A stretch of DNA of 64,000 nucleotides from an uncultured Chlamydiae bacterium (GCA_963696295.1 CAVOJR010000001.1:640001-704000), one strand, 5' to 3'. Positions 9,161 to 19,989 are shown, numbered from the stretch's first letter. Notes: generated from the letters alone by a model not told the origin. Program-made: numbers and translations.

Positions 9161-12100
9161 TTATCCCATAATTAACGCGGAATGGGAAGCGGAAAGTGAA
9201 GATACCGACCCCTCCTCAGCAAACTCTACGGCCAAAACTTTCGATACCCCTTTCTCCTCCATCGAAACGCCGAACAGCATATCGGCTGCCGCCATCGTCT
9301 CTTTGTTATGGGTCACGATAAGAAACTGGCAGCGGCTCTCGTACTGCTTAACCAGCCGCATAAAGCGCTCGACATTCGCGTCGTCAAGGGGGGCGTCGAT
9401 CTCATCCAAGAGGCAAAAAGGGGCTGGCTTGACTTCAAAAATGGCAAATAGCAGCGCCATCGCCGTCAAACACTTCTCCCCGCCCGACAATAGCTGTATC
9501 GACTGCATCTTTTTTCCGGGGGGCATGGCGACAATTTCAATACCGGCTTCCAGCACGTCGGCCGCTTCGCAAAACTGCAAATCGGCTTCGCCGCCATGGA
9601 ATAAAATTGTGAAATTTTTCTTGAAGTTTTCCCGGACAGCTTCAAAGGTTTCTTTGAAAACTTTTCTGCTCTGCCCATCCAGGTCGGTGATGATGTGAAC
9701 CAGCTCCTGCTTGGCTTGGGAGAGATCGCTCAGCTGCTCTTGCAGAAAAGTGAAGCGGGTTTTATGCCTTTCACACTCTTCGATGGCCGTCATATTGATC
9801 TGGTCGGCATTCGCGACTTCAGAGCGGAGCCTCTGCCATTTCCGTTCCGCCTTGTCAAGGGGCGAATCCAGAGGAAAGTTAACTTCTTCGGCTTTCAATT
9901 GGTAACGCTCATAGAGCTCGGTGGCTAAAGAGCCGAGGAGCGATTCGATTTGCGCCTTTTGAATGCCCAGCTGATACCCTTGCTCCTCAAAACTCTTTAA
10001 TTGGATCCGCTTTTCTTCGATAATTCTTTCTTTCAGCACAATTTCCTGTTCGGCGCTTCTTACCTTTTCCTGGAGCTCCTTAAAGCCCCCTTCCGAAGCT
10101 CCCAGCCCTTCCTGCAGCAGCAGCCGCTGCTCAGTGAAGACCCTGTTCTGCTCCTCAATGATTTTCTGTTTTTGGCCGCCGTTTTTGATCTCTTCTTCTA
10201 AAAGCTTAGTCTGCTTGTCGCTGTCCTGCTCTTTGATTTCAATAACCTGGAGGGCAAGCTGCTGCTTTCTTAGCTTCTCGTCCGCCTCTCTGTATTTCCG
10301 CTCCAGCTCCTGGAGCCGCTTTTCCTGCAGTTCCTGATTTTTCCCTTTTTCCCTTAAAAGCTCCTGAATTTTTTCATATTCGCCGGAAGTGGAAAGCGCT
10401 TTCACTTGAATTTCCAACAATTTTTCTTTGGCCGCCTTTATTTTGACTTCAAACTCCTGCACCGCCAAACTTAAATTTTTCGCTTCGCTTTCGCTCTTTT
10501 CCAGCTGCGCCCGTTTGCTCTCTTGATCTGCTTTTAATCTTTTCAGACCGAAATTGATTTCAGCGGCGGCGAACTCGATTTTTCTTAAAATCTCTTCCTG
10601 CCCCTTTTTCTCTGCCGTCTGATTTTTTTGCTTCTCTTTTGACTCAGCCAGCTGCTTCTCCGCATCAACCAGTTCCGCTTCTTCTTTGGCGAGCTGTTTT
10701 TCCAGCTTCTTCAGCTCGGCTTCCCTCAAAAAGACATGGTTTTCCCCTTGAGTCTGATAAAAGAGAACCCCCTTGCCGTCGATATAGATCCCCTCGTCTG
10801 TCCAAAGCGCATCCCCCAGGAAATGATGGGAAATGTCCTCAATCTCCTCCAGGCAGATCAGCGAAAAGTCTTTCAACTCCCGATTTTTGGCGTATGACAG
10901 AACCTCTTCCAGGGCCGCTTTCGTCTCCACTACCAGAGTTTGAGCATAAGGACGCATCACCGTCGCCATCGCTGCGTCATTGCTCCATGAGATCTTCTCG
11001 TAAAGCGGGATAGCCTTCCCCTCTTTTAAAAGCAGCTTGCTCGCCGGAGAGAATCCCTGCTTTTCCTCGCGCATCCGGCTTAAGACGTTTTTGCGCGTTT
11101 GATGCTCGGTCACCTCTCTTTGCTTTATCTGCAGCCATTTTTGCTTTTCCAAAATGGCCTCTGAGATAGACGTAAGCCCCTTCTCCATCTCCTGGCAAAG
11201 CTGTTTGCCTTTAGAGAGCTCTTCTTCCAGCTTGGCATGCTGCGCCTGCTGGTTTTGCAGCTTCTCCAAAGTCTCTTCGAAGCCCTTTTCAAGCTCTTTT
11301 TTATTTAGATCGAAATGATTCCTCTTTTCTTGGGAATGCTCAAGTCTGACGCTGAGTTGCTTGACATCGCTTTCCAGGGCCTTTTCCGACTGAAGCAGCT
11401 GATAGCGCTCCTTCTCCAATGCCTGTACCGAAACCCTGACCGAACTGACTTCCCCATTAAGAGTTTTGACCAAGTCGCGCTGCTCCCGCGACTTCGCCTC
11501 CAGATCGTACACTTCATCCTTTAAATTCTTTTCAGCGCCAATCAGCTGCGCCATTTCCTGCTGCCTGCCTTCGCGCAACTTGGCCATTTCTTCCACATTG
11601 CGGAGCCACTTTTTCTCGTTGAGCAGCATCTCCTGCAGTCTCGATTTGTGCGACTGAAGCTGCTGTTCGATTAAAGCGATTTCCCGTTTAAAATCATGCA
11701 CCGACTGGTTTTTGGCCTGCAGCGCGCGCCGCATCTCTTCGAGGGAAACCTTCACGTTTTTAAGCAGATCCCCCTCTAGCTCGAGCTCCTTCACGAGCTT
11801 ATCGCATTCCAGCGCCCCTCTCGCCTTCTCAATTTCTCCAAGCTTTTGAAAGTTCGCGTGCCATTTCGCAGATAAAATCCCCTTTTCCAGGGCTTCAAAC
11901 TGGGCTTTTTTCTCTTTGTATTCCCTGGCTTTCACGGCCTGCCCCTCTAAAACGAGGATCTGCTTTTCCACTTCGGCGTGGATATCTTTGACGCGGGACA
12001 AATTGAGGTCGACCTGCTCTAATTTGCGTATAGCCTCTTTTTTGCGGATCAGGAAGCGCAAAATGCCCGCCGCATCTTCAAAGATATAGCGCCTCTCAAG

Positions 12101-12556
12101 GGGAGAGTGGTTGATTATCTGATCGATTTTGCCCTGCTCGAAGATCGCAAAAGCGTCTTTTCCGACTCCGGAATCGAGGAAAAAGTCATAAATGTCTTTT
12201 AGCCGGACGCTTTTCTTATTGATGAAGTACTCCGACTCCCCGCTGCGGTGCAGCCTCCTGGTGACGGCGACTTCCGAAAAACTCATCGGCTTATCGATGT
12301 CGGTAAAGGTCAGAGTGACTTCGGCATAGTTGAGGGGTTTTCGCTTTTCCGTGCCCGCGAAAATGACATCCATCATTTTGGAGCCCCTGAGCGATTTGGC
12401 CGACTGCTCGCCGAGCACCCAGCGGAAGGAATCGGAAATATTCGACTTGCCGCATCCGTTGGGACCTACGATCGCGGTGATGCCCGGCTGAAAAATCAAA
12501 ACGGTTTTATCGGCAAAAGATTTGAAGCCAAAAAGCTCTAGTTTGCTTAAACGCAC
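9161..12556 (-). CDS. smc: Chromosome segregation protein SMC
   Basis: GPNGCGKSN Walker A, long coiled coil, LSGGEK signature, LLDEIDAPLD. Confidence 0.95.
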   Translation of the reverse strand: MRLSKLELFGFKSFADKTVLIFQPGITAIVGPNGCGKSNISDSFRWVLGEQSAKSLRGSKMMDVIFAGTEKRKPLNYAEVTLTFTDIDKPMSFSEVAVTRRLHRSGESEYFINKKSVRLKDIYDFFLDSGVGKDAFAIFEQGKIDQIINHSPLERRYIFEDAAGILRFLIRKKEAIRKLEQVDLNLSRVKDIHAEVEKQILVLEGQAVKAREYKEKKAQFEALEKGILSAKWHANFQKLGEIEKARGALECDKLVKELELEGDLLKNVKVSLEEMRRALQAKNQSVHDFKREIALIEQQLQSHKSRLQEMLLNEKKWLRNVEEMAKLREGRQQEMAQLIGAEKNLKDEVYDLEAKSREQRDLVKTLNGEVSSVRVSVQALEKERYQLLQSEKALESDVKQLSVRLEHSQEKRNHFDLNKKELEKGFEETLEKLQNQQAQHAKLEEELSKGKQLCQEMEKGLTSISEAILEKQKWLQIKQREVTEHQTRKNVLSRMREEKQGFSPASKLLLKEGKAIPLYEKISWSNDAAMATVMRPYAQTLVVETKAALEEVLSYAKNRELKDFSLICLEEIEDISHHFLGDALWTDEGIYIDGKGVLFYQTQGENHVFLREAELKKLEKQLAKEEAELVDAEKQLAESKEKQKNQTAEKKGQEEILRKIEFAAAEINFGLKRLKADQESKRAQLEKSESEAKNLSLAVQEFEVKIKAAKEKLLEIQVKALSTSGEYEKIQELLREKGKNQELQEKRLQELERKYREADEKLRKQQLALQVIEIKEQDSDKQTKLLEEEIKNGGQKQKIIEEQNRVFTEQRLLLQEGLGASEGGFKELQEKVRSAEQEIVLKERIIEEKRIQLKSFEEQGYQLGIQKAQIESLLGSLATELYERYQLKAEEVNFPLDSPLDKAERKWQRLRSEVANADQINMTAIEECERHKTRFTFLQEQLSDLSQAKQELVHIITDLDGQSRKVFKETFEAVRENFKKNFTILFHGGEADLQFCEAADVLEAGIEIVAMPPGKKMQSIQLLSGGEKCLTAMALLFAIFEVKPAPFCLLDEIDAPLDDANVERFMRLVKQYESRCQFLIVTHNKETMAAADMLFGVSMEEKGVSKVLAVEFAEEGSVSSLSASHSALIMG

Positions 12557-12731
12557 ATAACCTCAATCCACTGGAAAAATACTATATACAGGATAAGTCA
12601 GTTTTTATCTTCTAAAATTTTATCGCATGGAAATTTTCAAAAGATATCTGTATCCTTATACAAAGGCCCCTTGAACATTTAAGGAAAAATCCTTATCATC
12701 TTCACTAAATACCCTAAACTTGAGAAGAAAA

Positions 12732-14012
12732 ATGTTAGATATCAACCTGATTCGCAAAGACAAAGAAGCCATCGAAGCCCTGATTAAACGGAAGGAACCG
12801 GACGCCGATCTGACCAAAGTGTTCGAAATCGACCAGCGCCTGAGAGAAATCAAGACCAAAGCGGAACAATTGAAGTCCGCCCGAAACCTCCTTTCCAAAA
12901 AAATCGGCGAGCATAAAAGGGATGGCCTCGATGTGAGCGAACTGGTGCAGGAAGCAGACGGTTTTGCCGCGGAAATCCACGGCCTGGACCACGAGATCGC
13001 CCTCCTGGAAAAAGAGTTTAACCACGAACTGTCCACCTTTCCCAACATCCCGATGGAAGATATCCTCGTCTCGCAAAATCCCGCGGATAACGTCAAAGTC
13101 AAAGAGTGGGGAACGAAGCGCGCCTTTGATTTTCCCTTCAAAAACCACCTGGAACTCAACGAAAAATTGCAGCTTTTTGATTTTGTGCGGGGCGCTAAAA
13201 TTGCCGGCGCCGGCTGGCCCGTCTACCGGGGCATGGGCGCGAGGCTGGAGTGGGCTCTGATCAACTACATGATCGAAACCCATCTCAAAAACGGTTTTAT
13301 GCAATGGATGCCGCCGGCCCTCGTGCGCCCGGAAATCCTCTACGCCTCCGGGATGCTGCCCAAGTTCGAAAACCAGCAATTCAAAATCGAGGATCAGGAC
13401 TACCACCTATATCTCATCCCAACCGCCGAAGTCTCCTTGAACGGCCTCCACAGCGATGAAATTTTCCAGGAGGAGGAGCTGCCGCTCAAATACATGGCCT
13501 ACACCCCCTGTTTCAGGCGGGAAGCGGGAGCTGCCGGAGAAAGGGAGCGGGGCCTTATCCGCATGCACCAGTTCAACAAAGTGGAGATGTTCTGCTTCAC
13601 GAAGCCGGAAGAGAGCAAAGCGATGTTCGATTCTATGGTGGCTTCCGCCGAATCGATCCTGGAAGGCTTAGGGCTTCATTACCGCACCATGCTGCTAGTC
13701 ACCGGCGACATGTCATACTGCTCGGCCCGCACCATCGACGTCGAGGCGTGGCTGCCCGGTCAAAACCGCTATTACGAGGTTTCCTCGATCTCCAACTGCA
13801 CCGACTATCAGGCGCGCCGCTCCAGCATCCGCTTTAAGCGCAAGGAGACGAAGAAAAACGAACTGGTCCACACCCTCAACGGCTCAGGCCTGGCCACTTC
13901 CCGGCTGATGGTCGCTTTGGTGGAAAACAACCAAAACGCCGACGGGTCGATCAACGTGCCAAAAGTATTGCAGCCCTATCTCGGAGGTATTTCCAAGATT
14001 GAGCCTGCTTAG
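12732..14012 (+). CDS. serS: Serine--tRNA ligase
   Basis: MLDINLIR, PTAEV, FRREAG, RMHQFNKVE, HTLNGSGLA. Confidence 0.97.
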   Translation: MLDINLIRKDKEAIEALIKRKEPDADLTKVFEIDQRLREIKTKAEQLKSARNLLSKKIGEHKRDGLDVSELVQEADGFAAEIHGLDHEIALLEKEFNHELSTFPNIPMEDILVSQNPADNVKVKEWGTKRAFDFPFKNHLELNEKLQLFDFVRGAKIAGAGWPVYRGMGARLEWALINYMIETHLKNGFMQWMPPALVRPEILYASGMLPKFENQQFKIEDQDYHLYLIPTAEVSLNGLHSDEIFQEEELPLKYMAYTPCFRREAGAAGERERGLIRMHQFNKVEMFCFTKPEESKAMFDSMVASAESILEGLGLHYRTMLLVTGDMSYCSARTIDVEAWLPGQNRYYEVSSISNCTDYQARRSSIRFKRKETKKNELVHTLNGSGLATSRLMVALVENNQNADGSINVPKVLQPYLGGISKIEPA

Positions 14013-14023
14013 GCTTATTGAAC

Positions 14024-14737
14024 CTACTCTGGAGCAAACTTCCAGTTAAGCATCTTTTGGCTGATGGCCACCCCATGCCGCTCAAAGCTGTGAAGAAACC
14101 GCTCCTGCACCCTCTGAGAGTTGCGCAGGGAATAGAGAAATCTGGCTACGTTGCGCCTGTGAACGGCTGAAAATCGAAAGGCGCTCTGTTTGATAGAATG
14201 GATGTCGATCAGGGCGGGACCTCCCTCAGAGATGACCATATTGGACGTTTTCAAGTCGTGGAACTTGATCTCCGCCTTCTCTAGCCGGCAAATCAGCTGC
14301 ACACACGCGTCCACCATGCCATCGTCAATATCGCCCCCTCTTTTCAAAATAGCATATAAATCAGCCCCTTCCAGATATTCATAGAGATAATAGGAATTTT
14401 TTTTACAAAATCCGACCCGCATCTCGACAAAACCGATCGGACGGGGCGTAGGGATATCGCACTCTTCCAGCAAATGAGCATTGTTCCAGCAGAGGCGTGC
14501 TCTTGAGGGCACATATTGGTATTTCACCCCTTTCCAGAAGGTGCGCATTTTGTGCTCTTTAATAGCTACCTTGCCAGCAACGCCCACAGAACCGCTTTGA
14601 CCCGCCAATAAAATTTTAGCTCCGGACAGGGCAAAAGCCGGATTTTGCAAAACCTCCACAACGAAGGGGGAGCTTAAATAGCTGCCATCGTACTCCGCGT
14701 AATAAGTTTTACCCTCTTTTTGTCTGATGATCGTCAT
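14024..14737 (-). CDS. LPS/Kdo kinase family protein (Kdo/WaaP/InaA-like); start inferred
   Basis: VAIKE, IPTPRP, HDLKTSN catalytic loop, ALID; the longer track start overlaps the divergent gene. Confidence 0.7.
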   Translation of the reverse strand: MTIIRQKEGKTYYAEYDGSYLSSPFVVEVLQNPAFALSGAKILLAGQSGSVGVAGKVAIKEHKMRTFWKGVKYQYVPSRARLCWNNAHLLEECDIPTPRPIGFVEMRVGFCKKNSYYLYEYLEGADLYAILKRGGDIDDGMVDACVQLICRLEKAEIKFHDLKTSNMVISEGGPALIDIHSIKQSAFRFSAVHRRNVARFLYSLRNSQRVQERFLHSFERHGVAISQKMLNWKFAPE

Positions 14738-14816
14738 AATGGGTATAAACTTATCACATATACTTTGACCAAATCCATTGAAAATTGGTATTGTCGTTGA
14801 AAAAAGGAGAACTGCT

Positions 14817-15698
14817 ATGAGCCAACTCTTGGAAACATTTGACATTCAATCCTGGGATAATATCCCTTCGGAAAATATTCAGAACAAAGCCGTTAAAGCT
14901 CTTGAAGCCGGCAAAGTCCTTTACTTTCCGCATCTCGCTTTCCCGCTCGCGAAAGAGGAGCAGATCTATTATTCCCCGGAGAAGGTGGATCCCAACTCAA
15001 AAAATATCAGCTACAATATCAGCAATGACCGTCTGGGCGGATCCCTATATGAGGGGCGGGAGGCGGAAAAACTTAAAGAGATGATCAAGCGCTATGCGAT
15101 TTCTTCCAAAAATTTCCTCAGCCGATTAATTCCTCAATATAATTCGTCTATCATCCAAGCCAAGACCAGCTTCAGGCCCGTCGAAATCTTCGGCCGCAAA
15201 AGCTCCTTTAGAAAAAACGACACTCTTTTGCATGTGGACGCTTTCCCCTCCTCCCCCAATCGGGGTGAGCGGATATTGCGCTTCTTCACCAATGTCAATC
15301 CGGAGGGAAAGCCGAGAGTTTGGCGCCTTGGCGAGCCCTTTGATCAAGTGGCCGACAAAATGCTGCCGAGAATATCCGCTCCAATTTTCGGGGTTTCCCA
15401 TTTGCTCAACCTATTAAAAATCACGAAAGGCCGCCGCACAGACTACGATCACTATATGCTGAAAATGCACGACGGGATGAAGGGGGACGCCCAGTATCAG
15501 AAAACGGTCCAGCAAGAAGAGATCCGCTTTCCTCCAGGAAGCAGCTGGATCGTGTTTACCGATCAGGTCTCTCACGCGGCGATGTCGGGACAGCATGTGC
15601 TCGAACAGACTTTTAATTTGCCGGTGCACGGATTAAAGGATCCCTCGACGGCTCCGTTAAAAGTCTTAGAGAAAAAATTGAAGAGAGAGTTAACTTAG
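14817..15698 (+). CDS. kdoO: Kdo 3-hydroxylase family Fe(II)/2OG dioxygenase
   Basis: LEAGKVLYFP, LHVDAFPS, RILRFFTNVNP, YDHYMLKMHD, DQVSHAAMSGQH; AGGAGA RBS before ATG 14817. Confidence 0.85.
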   Translation: MSQLLETFDIQSWDNIPSENIQNKAVKALEAGKVLYFPHLAFPLAKEEQIYYSPEKVDPNSKNISYNISNDRLGGSLYEGREAEKLKEMIKRYAISSKNFLSRLIPQYNSSIIQAKTSFRPVEIFGRKSSFRKNDTLLHVDAFPSSPNRGERILRFFTNVNPEGKPRVWRLGEPFDQVADKMLPRISAPIFGVSHLLNLLKITKGRRTDYDHYMLKMHDGMKGDAQYQKTVQQEEIRFPPGSSWIVFTDQVSHAAMSGQHVLEQTFNLPVHGLKDPSTAPLKVLEKKLKRELT

Positions 15699-15725
15699 TC
15701 GGGCTAAACTCGCATCATTGGACGA

Positions 15726-17144
15726 CTAACTTAATAAATCTCTGGTGTGCACTGCTTCAGAGAGCTCTTCGGTTTGGCGGATTCCTTCAAAGACCTTGTA
15801 GGTATCTGTCAGATCCTTCATGTCGGGGTCTGTGTCCACATAGGCCAAGGCAGCGAGTGTCATGGGCTTTTGCAAGTTGCCCAAACCGCCCCACAGGTTC
15901 AATATCTGATCCTTGAGGGCCTGTTTGACAGGATCGTCCGAAACCGGTATGGCTCCTTTTTCTGTTTCGGGGATGAGCATCGCCCCTATTTCCATATCGG
16001 TGAGTTTTTTAGTTTCGCTCTTGTAAACCACGGCGAGAGCGGCTATTAGCAGCACAAATTTCATGGCATCGACCAATTGCTGACGATCCTTTTCCGAAAT
16101 CGAACGGCCATTATCTTGAAGATTAATCACAGAGGCGTTCAAAAAGAGATTGAAATCGTCTGTTTTTAATAATTTAGAAAGGTTTTTGGCATACTGATGC
16201 GCAAATTTTTCACTCATCTCCTTATCCTCAAGCCGACCAACGTTCAAACTGAGTTCGTTGCTGGTCTGATACACAGTGCCCGTCCCAAAAAGAGCCCCGA
16301 AATACCCCAGAGCCGCCGCATTCTTGTCAACTAAGGGCTTGCTCATTTGCGCAATCGCGGAATTGATGGAGTTCAGGCCCACGGCGTTAGCCGCCTGCGC
16401 CCCGCCGGACAAATACCCCACATATTCTCCGGCTGCGGTGGATCCGACTGCCAGGTTTGATAAAATTGTAGACGAGTCCTTCGAAGGGCCATGGTTTTGT
16501 AAACTTTCCCGGTAGGAATTAAGAGCGGTTTCCATGCCCGTCAAAATTTGGTACCTCCTCCCCAGATTGCGCTGCACAATCTGCTCTTCAGGCGGGAGCG
16601 ATTTTATCCAATCAGAAAATACCGTGGTATCCATCAAATATCTCTTATAATCGGTCGGTGACATCTTTATAGGCTCCTGATCACTTTTTATTATGCTGAT
16701 TTTAAGATCATTAAGATAATCCAAGTACTCATCGGAAAGCAGCTTTTCACGTGTCAGCCTCGCCTGCTCCTTCACTGATTCCGACCAATTATCGAGCACG
16801 GACATCATGATCTCATGGAAGCGCTGATTCAAAGCAAAAGTAAAAGCTTGTACGTTGATGAGAACGTATTTCCCCTTTTTGGCAACACCCGCCAAACCGC
16901 CGCTAGTCAAACCCAAGTCTGTAAATAAATGTAAATTAGTGACATAAAAACTTGGCAAGATCGGATGGGGAGAATCGGCGCTAAGGCCAACCGGTACGAC
17001 TTTATCGCTTGCGCTCAAAGGGGACATTCCCAATACTTTTTCTTGATTGGGGACAGCGATATACACATCGCCGATCGGAAACAAATTCATATAAGGCCCA
17101 TAGTAGTTAATATCTTCTTTATCTTCAGGAATAGACATAAACAC
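15726..17144 (-). CDS. Hypothetical protein (helical, short hydrophobic segments)
   Basis: 472-aa ORF with GAGG before the start; no motif recognised. Confidence 0.7.
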   Translation of the reverse strand: MFMSIPEDKEDINYYGPYMNLFPIGDVYIAVPNQEKVLGMSPLSASDKVVPVGLSADSPHPILPSFYVTNLHLFTDLGLTSGGLAGVAKKGKYVLINVQAFTFALNQRFHEIMMSVLDNWSESVKEQARLTREKLLSDEYLDYLNDLKISIIKSDQEPIKMSPTDYKRYLMDTTVFSDWIKSLPPEEQIVQRNLGRRYQILTGMETALNSYRESLQNHGPSKDSSTILSNLAVGSTAAGEYVGYLSGGAQAANAVGLNSINSAIAQMSKPLVDKNAAALGYFGALFGTGTVYQTSNELSLNVGRLEDKEMSEKFAHQYAKNLSKLLKTDDFNLFLNASVINLQDNGRSISEKDRQQLVDAMKFVLLIAALAVVYKSETKKLTDMEIGAMLIPETEKGAIPVSDDPVKQALKDQILNLWGGLGNLQKPMTLAALAYVDTDPDMKDLTDTYKVFEGIRQTEELSEAVHTRDLLS

Positions 17145-17247
17145 CTCATTTCAACTAAATTAATTATAGCATATTGTTATTTTTCACTAAGATTAAGTTA
17201 TCATTAAGTCTATTGCCATCTAATACCTTATTAGCTATGATTCGCTT

Positions 17248-17991
17248 ATGAGCTATAGCCATTTTGACAATAAAGAACCTTTGCGCCACGTGACGGAAAA
17301 ACAGGCCGAAGGGATCCTGACCTCTGCCGAAGTGCATGGGACCGAAATGCCGGGCCGCCTTTCCGCCGGCGCCGATGCCGCCCGGGAAACCGCCGTCGTC
17401 ATTTTGCTCCTCTGGACACTGCTCTATAAATTAAATCTCCCCGCCAGTCATGCTTTTTTTCTGCTTGCCATCTTCGGCATCGGCTGGCTCCTTTGGAAAA
17501 CCGGGAGGAGCGCCTGGCTCGGCTGGTCGCGCCTCGAACGGCTGCACCGCCTGCTCGCTGAGGAAAAATGGGAGATCGAACATAATCGCAATCAGGAAAA
17601 AGTGGAGCTGAAGGTGCTTTATGCCGCCAAGGGATTCGAAGGCAAACTCCTCGACGATGTCGTGGACGTTCTCATGGCAGACAATGAGCGCGCCCTGCAT
17701 GTCATGCTGAAAGAAGAGCTGGGACTGACTCTTGAAGCGTACGAACACCCGCTAATGCAAGGCATGGGAGCGCTGATCGGAGGATTGATAGCCTTTCTAA
17801 TTTGCTTATGCGGTCTCTTTGCCGAGCCGGATTTTGGACTGATCCTGGCGGCCTTTTTTGCGGTGGGAGCAGCGGCCTATACCGCTGCCAAATATGAGAA
17901 AAACCGCGTGATCGACGCCGTTGTCTGGAATATAGGCATAGCCGCGCTTGCCTTCGGAAGCGTCTATTTTTTAATGAATTACCTGGTTTAG
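17248..17991 (+). CDS. VIT1/CCC1-family membrane protein
   Basis: EEKWEIEHNRNQEKVELKVLYAAKGF...MLKEELG cytosolic motif with flanking TM helices; upstream of the P1B ATPase. Confidence 0.75.
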   Translation: MSYSHFDNKEPLRHVTEKQAEGILTSAEVHGTEMPGRLSAGADAARETAVVILLLWTLLYKLNLPASHAFFLLAIFGIGWLLWKTGRSAWLGWSRLERLHRLLAEEKWEIEHNRNQEKVELKVLYAAKGFEGKLLDDVVDVLMADNERALHVMLKEELGLTLEAYEHPLMQGMGALIGGLIAFLICLCGLFAEPDFGLILAAFFAVGAAAYTAAKYEKNRVIDAVVWNIGIAALAFGSVYFLMNYLV

Positions 17992-18000
17992 AGTTTCCTT

Positions 18001-19989
18001 ATGAGCGCCAATCACCACTCTAGCGTTGCCCTGGATGAGTATTTGGATTTGGGCTTCGATGAAACCAAAAGCCCCTTCCTGCAACCGGGCTCCCGCAAGT
18101 GGGGCGCCAACCTGACTTTAAAATCAGCCATTTTGGCGGCGCTGCTCCTTATAGTCTCCTTTGCACTCTCCTGGTCGCCGCTCACCGCGCCGATTTCCCA
18201 TTTTTTACTTCTTACCGTCTACTTTTTGGTGGGCCTGCCCGCCCTGATCGAGTCGATCGAAGATCTCATCAGCTTTGAAATCAATATCGACATCCTGATG
18301 ACTTTAGCCGCTTTCTCCTCGGTCTTAATAGGCAGCGGCATGGAAGGGGGGCTCCTGCTGGTTTTGTTTGCCTTATCGGGGGCGATGGAGGACGCGGTAA
18401 CCGCGAAAGCCAAAGGGGCCATCAACAGCCTGCATCAACTCTCCCCCTCGAAAGCCACTTTGGAGGAAAGCGACGGCACTACCAGGGAAGTCTCGGTCAA
18501 GGATGTCCGCATCGGCGACCGGCTGCTCGTCAAAGCGGGACAAATCGTGCCCCTCGACGGCCAGGTTGTCCATGGCATCTCCTCGGTCAATCTCGTACAC
18601 CTCACCGGGGAAAATTTCCCAGTGCCCAAACAGGCGGGCGATGAAGTCGCCGCCGGGGCGCGCAATTTGGAAGGCTCCTTAAGCCTGATCGTCAACCGCA
18701 CGAGCAACGACTCAACCCTCGCCCGCATCATTCAGCTTGTCACCGAAGCGCAAGAGGCCAAGCCCGCCCTGCAGCGCTGGTTCGACAAGCTTAGCCGCGC
18801 CTACGCGATCACCATTATTTTACTGGCCGCCTTTTTTGCGCTCATTTTTCCCTGGCTCCTCTCCATCCCCTTTCTCGGCGTCGAGGGCTCTTTGTACCGA
18901 GCCCTGGCCTTTCTGATCGCAGCATCCCCCTGCGCCCTCATAATCGCCACTCCTATCGCCTACCTCTCCGCCATCAGCGTGTGCGCCAAAAAAGGGATCA
19001 TCCTCAAAGGGGGCGTCACGCTGGATGCTCTGGCGAGCTGCACCATGATGGCCTTTGATAAGACAGGCACGCTGACCACGGGAGATTTGACCTGTGTGGG
19101 GGTGAGCCGCAACAGAAAACCGCTAGAGGACTTGGAGCTTAAAAAGATCGTTTCCCTGGCTTTTGCCCTGGAAAAAAATGCCGTGCATCCCATTGCCAAA
19201 GCCATTACGGCCTATGCCGAAAAATTGAAAATAACACCGTCTTATCTTCAGTCGTTCCGGTCGGAACCGGGATATGGGCTTGAAGGAATTGCAGAAAACG
19301 GCCAGCCGGCCTTTATCGGTCGGCCCGAATATATCGAAAAAAAAGTAGACAGCGAAATGGCGGAGAAACTGCGGCAGATGGCTGAGGCGATCCGCGAGGC
19401 CGGCGGCCTGCTCGCCGTGCTGCTCTTTGGAAAAGAGATCTATTTTTTTGAATTCCGGGACACTCCGAGAGAAAACGTGAAGCACACCCTGGACGCTCTC
19501 AAGAAAAAAGCCGGCATGCAGCTTCTGATGCTCACCGGCGACCATGAGGAGAGCGCCCGCCGGATTGCGAAAGAAATGGAAATCGATCACTATTTCGCCG
19601 ATCTTCGGCCTGAAGACAAATTAGACTATATCACAAAATATTCCGTAGAGAAAAAGCTGGCCATGGTTGGCGACGGGGTCAACGACGCCCCGGCCCTGGC
19701 GAGAGCCACGGTGGGAATCTGCATGGGAAAGGTGGGCAGCACGACGGCGATCGATGCGTCTGATATTATTTTGCTTCACGATAACATAGAACTTCTCGAC
19801 TGGCTGGTTTTAAAGGCAAAAAAAACCTTATCGATCGTGAAGGAAAATCTCCTGCTGGCGACCCTGGCCATTCTGTTTGCCAGCCTGCCCGCGTTGGCCG
19901 GCTTTGTTCCCCTCTGGCTGGCTGTGGTTCTCCACGAAGGGGGCACGGTGCTGGTCGGATTAAATGCGCTCAGGCTCCTAAGATCTTGA
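18001..19989 (+). CDS. Heavy-metal P1B-type ATPase (SPC / HEGGT subclass, CadA/ZntA-like)
   Basis: LTGE, ASPC, DKTGTLT, HP, GDGVNDAPAL, HEGGT. Confidence 0.93.
   Translation: MSANHHSSVALDEYLDLGFDETKSPFLQPGSRKWGANLTLKSAILAALLLIVSFALSWSPLTAPISHFLLLTVYFLVGLPALIESIEDLISFEINIDILMTLAAFSSVLIGSGMEGGLLLVLFALSGAMEDAVTAKAKGAINSLHQLSPSKATLEESDGTTREVSVKDVRIGDRLLVKAGQIVPLDGQVVHGISSVNLVHLTGENFPVPKQAGDEVAAGARNLEGSLSLIVNRTSNDSTLARIIQLVTEAQEAKPALQRWFDKLSRAYAITIILLAAFFALIFPWLLSIPFLGVEGSLYRALAFLIAASPCALIIATPIAYLSAISVCAKKGIILKGGVTLDALASCTMMAFDKTGTLTTGDLTCVGVSRNRKPLEDLELKKIVSLAFALEKNAVHPIAKAITAYAEKLKITPSYLQSFRSEPGYGLEGIAENGQPAFIGRPEYIEKKVDSEMAEKLRQMAEAIREAGGLLAVLLFGKEIYFFEFRDTPRENVKHTLDALKKKAGMQLLMLTGDHEESARRIAKEMEIDHYFADLRPEDKLDYITKYSVEKKLAMVGDGVNDAPALARATVGICMGKVGSTTAIDASDIILLHDNIELLDWLVLKAKKTLSIVKENLLLATLAILFASLPALAGFVPLWLAVVLHEGGTVLVGLNALRLLRS

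Noticed and set aside
2564..12541. Many + strand ORFs of 60-200 aa (for example 4211-4783, 6863-7465)
   Set aside because: Antisense shadows of pepF, SNF2, ald and smc, with no motifs.
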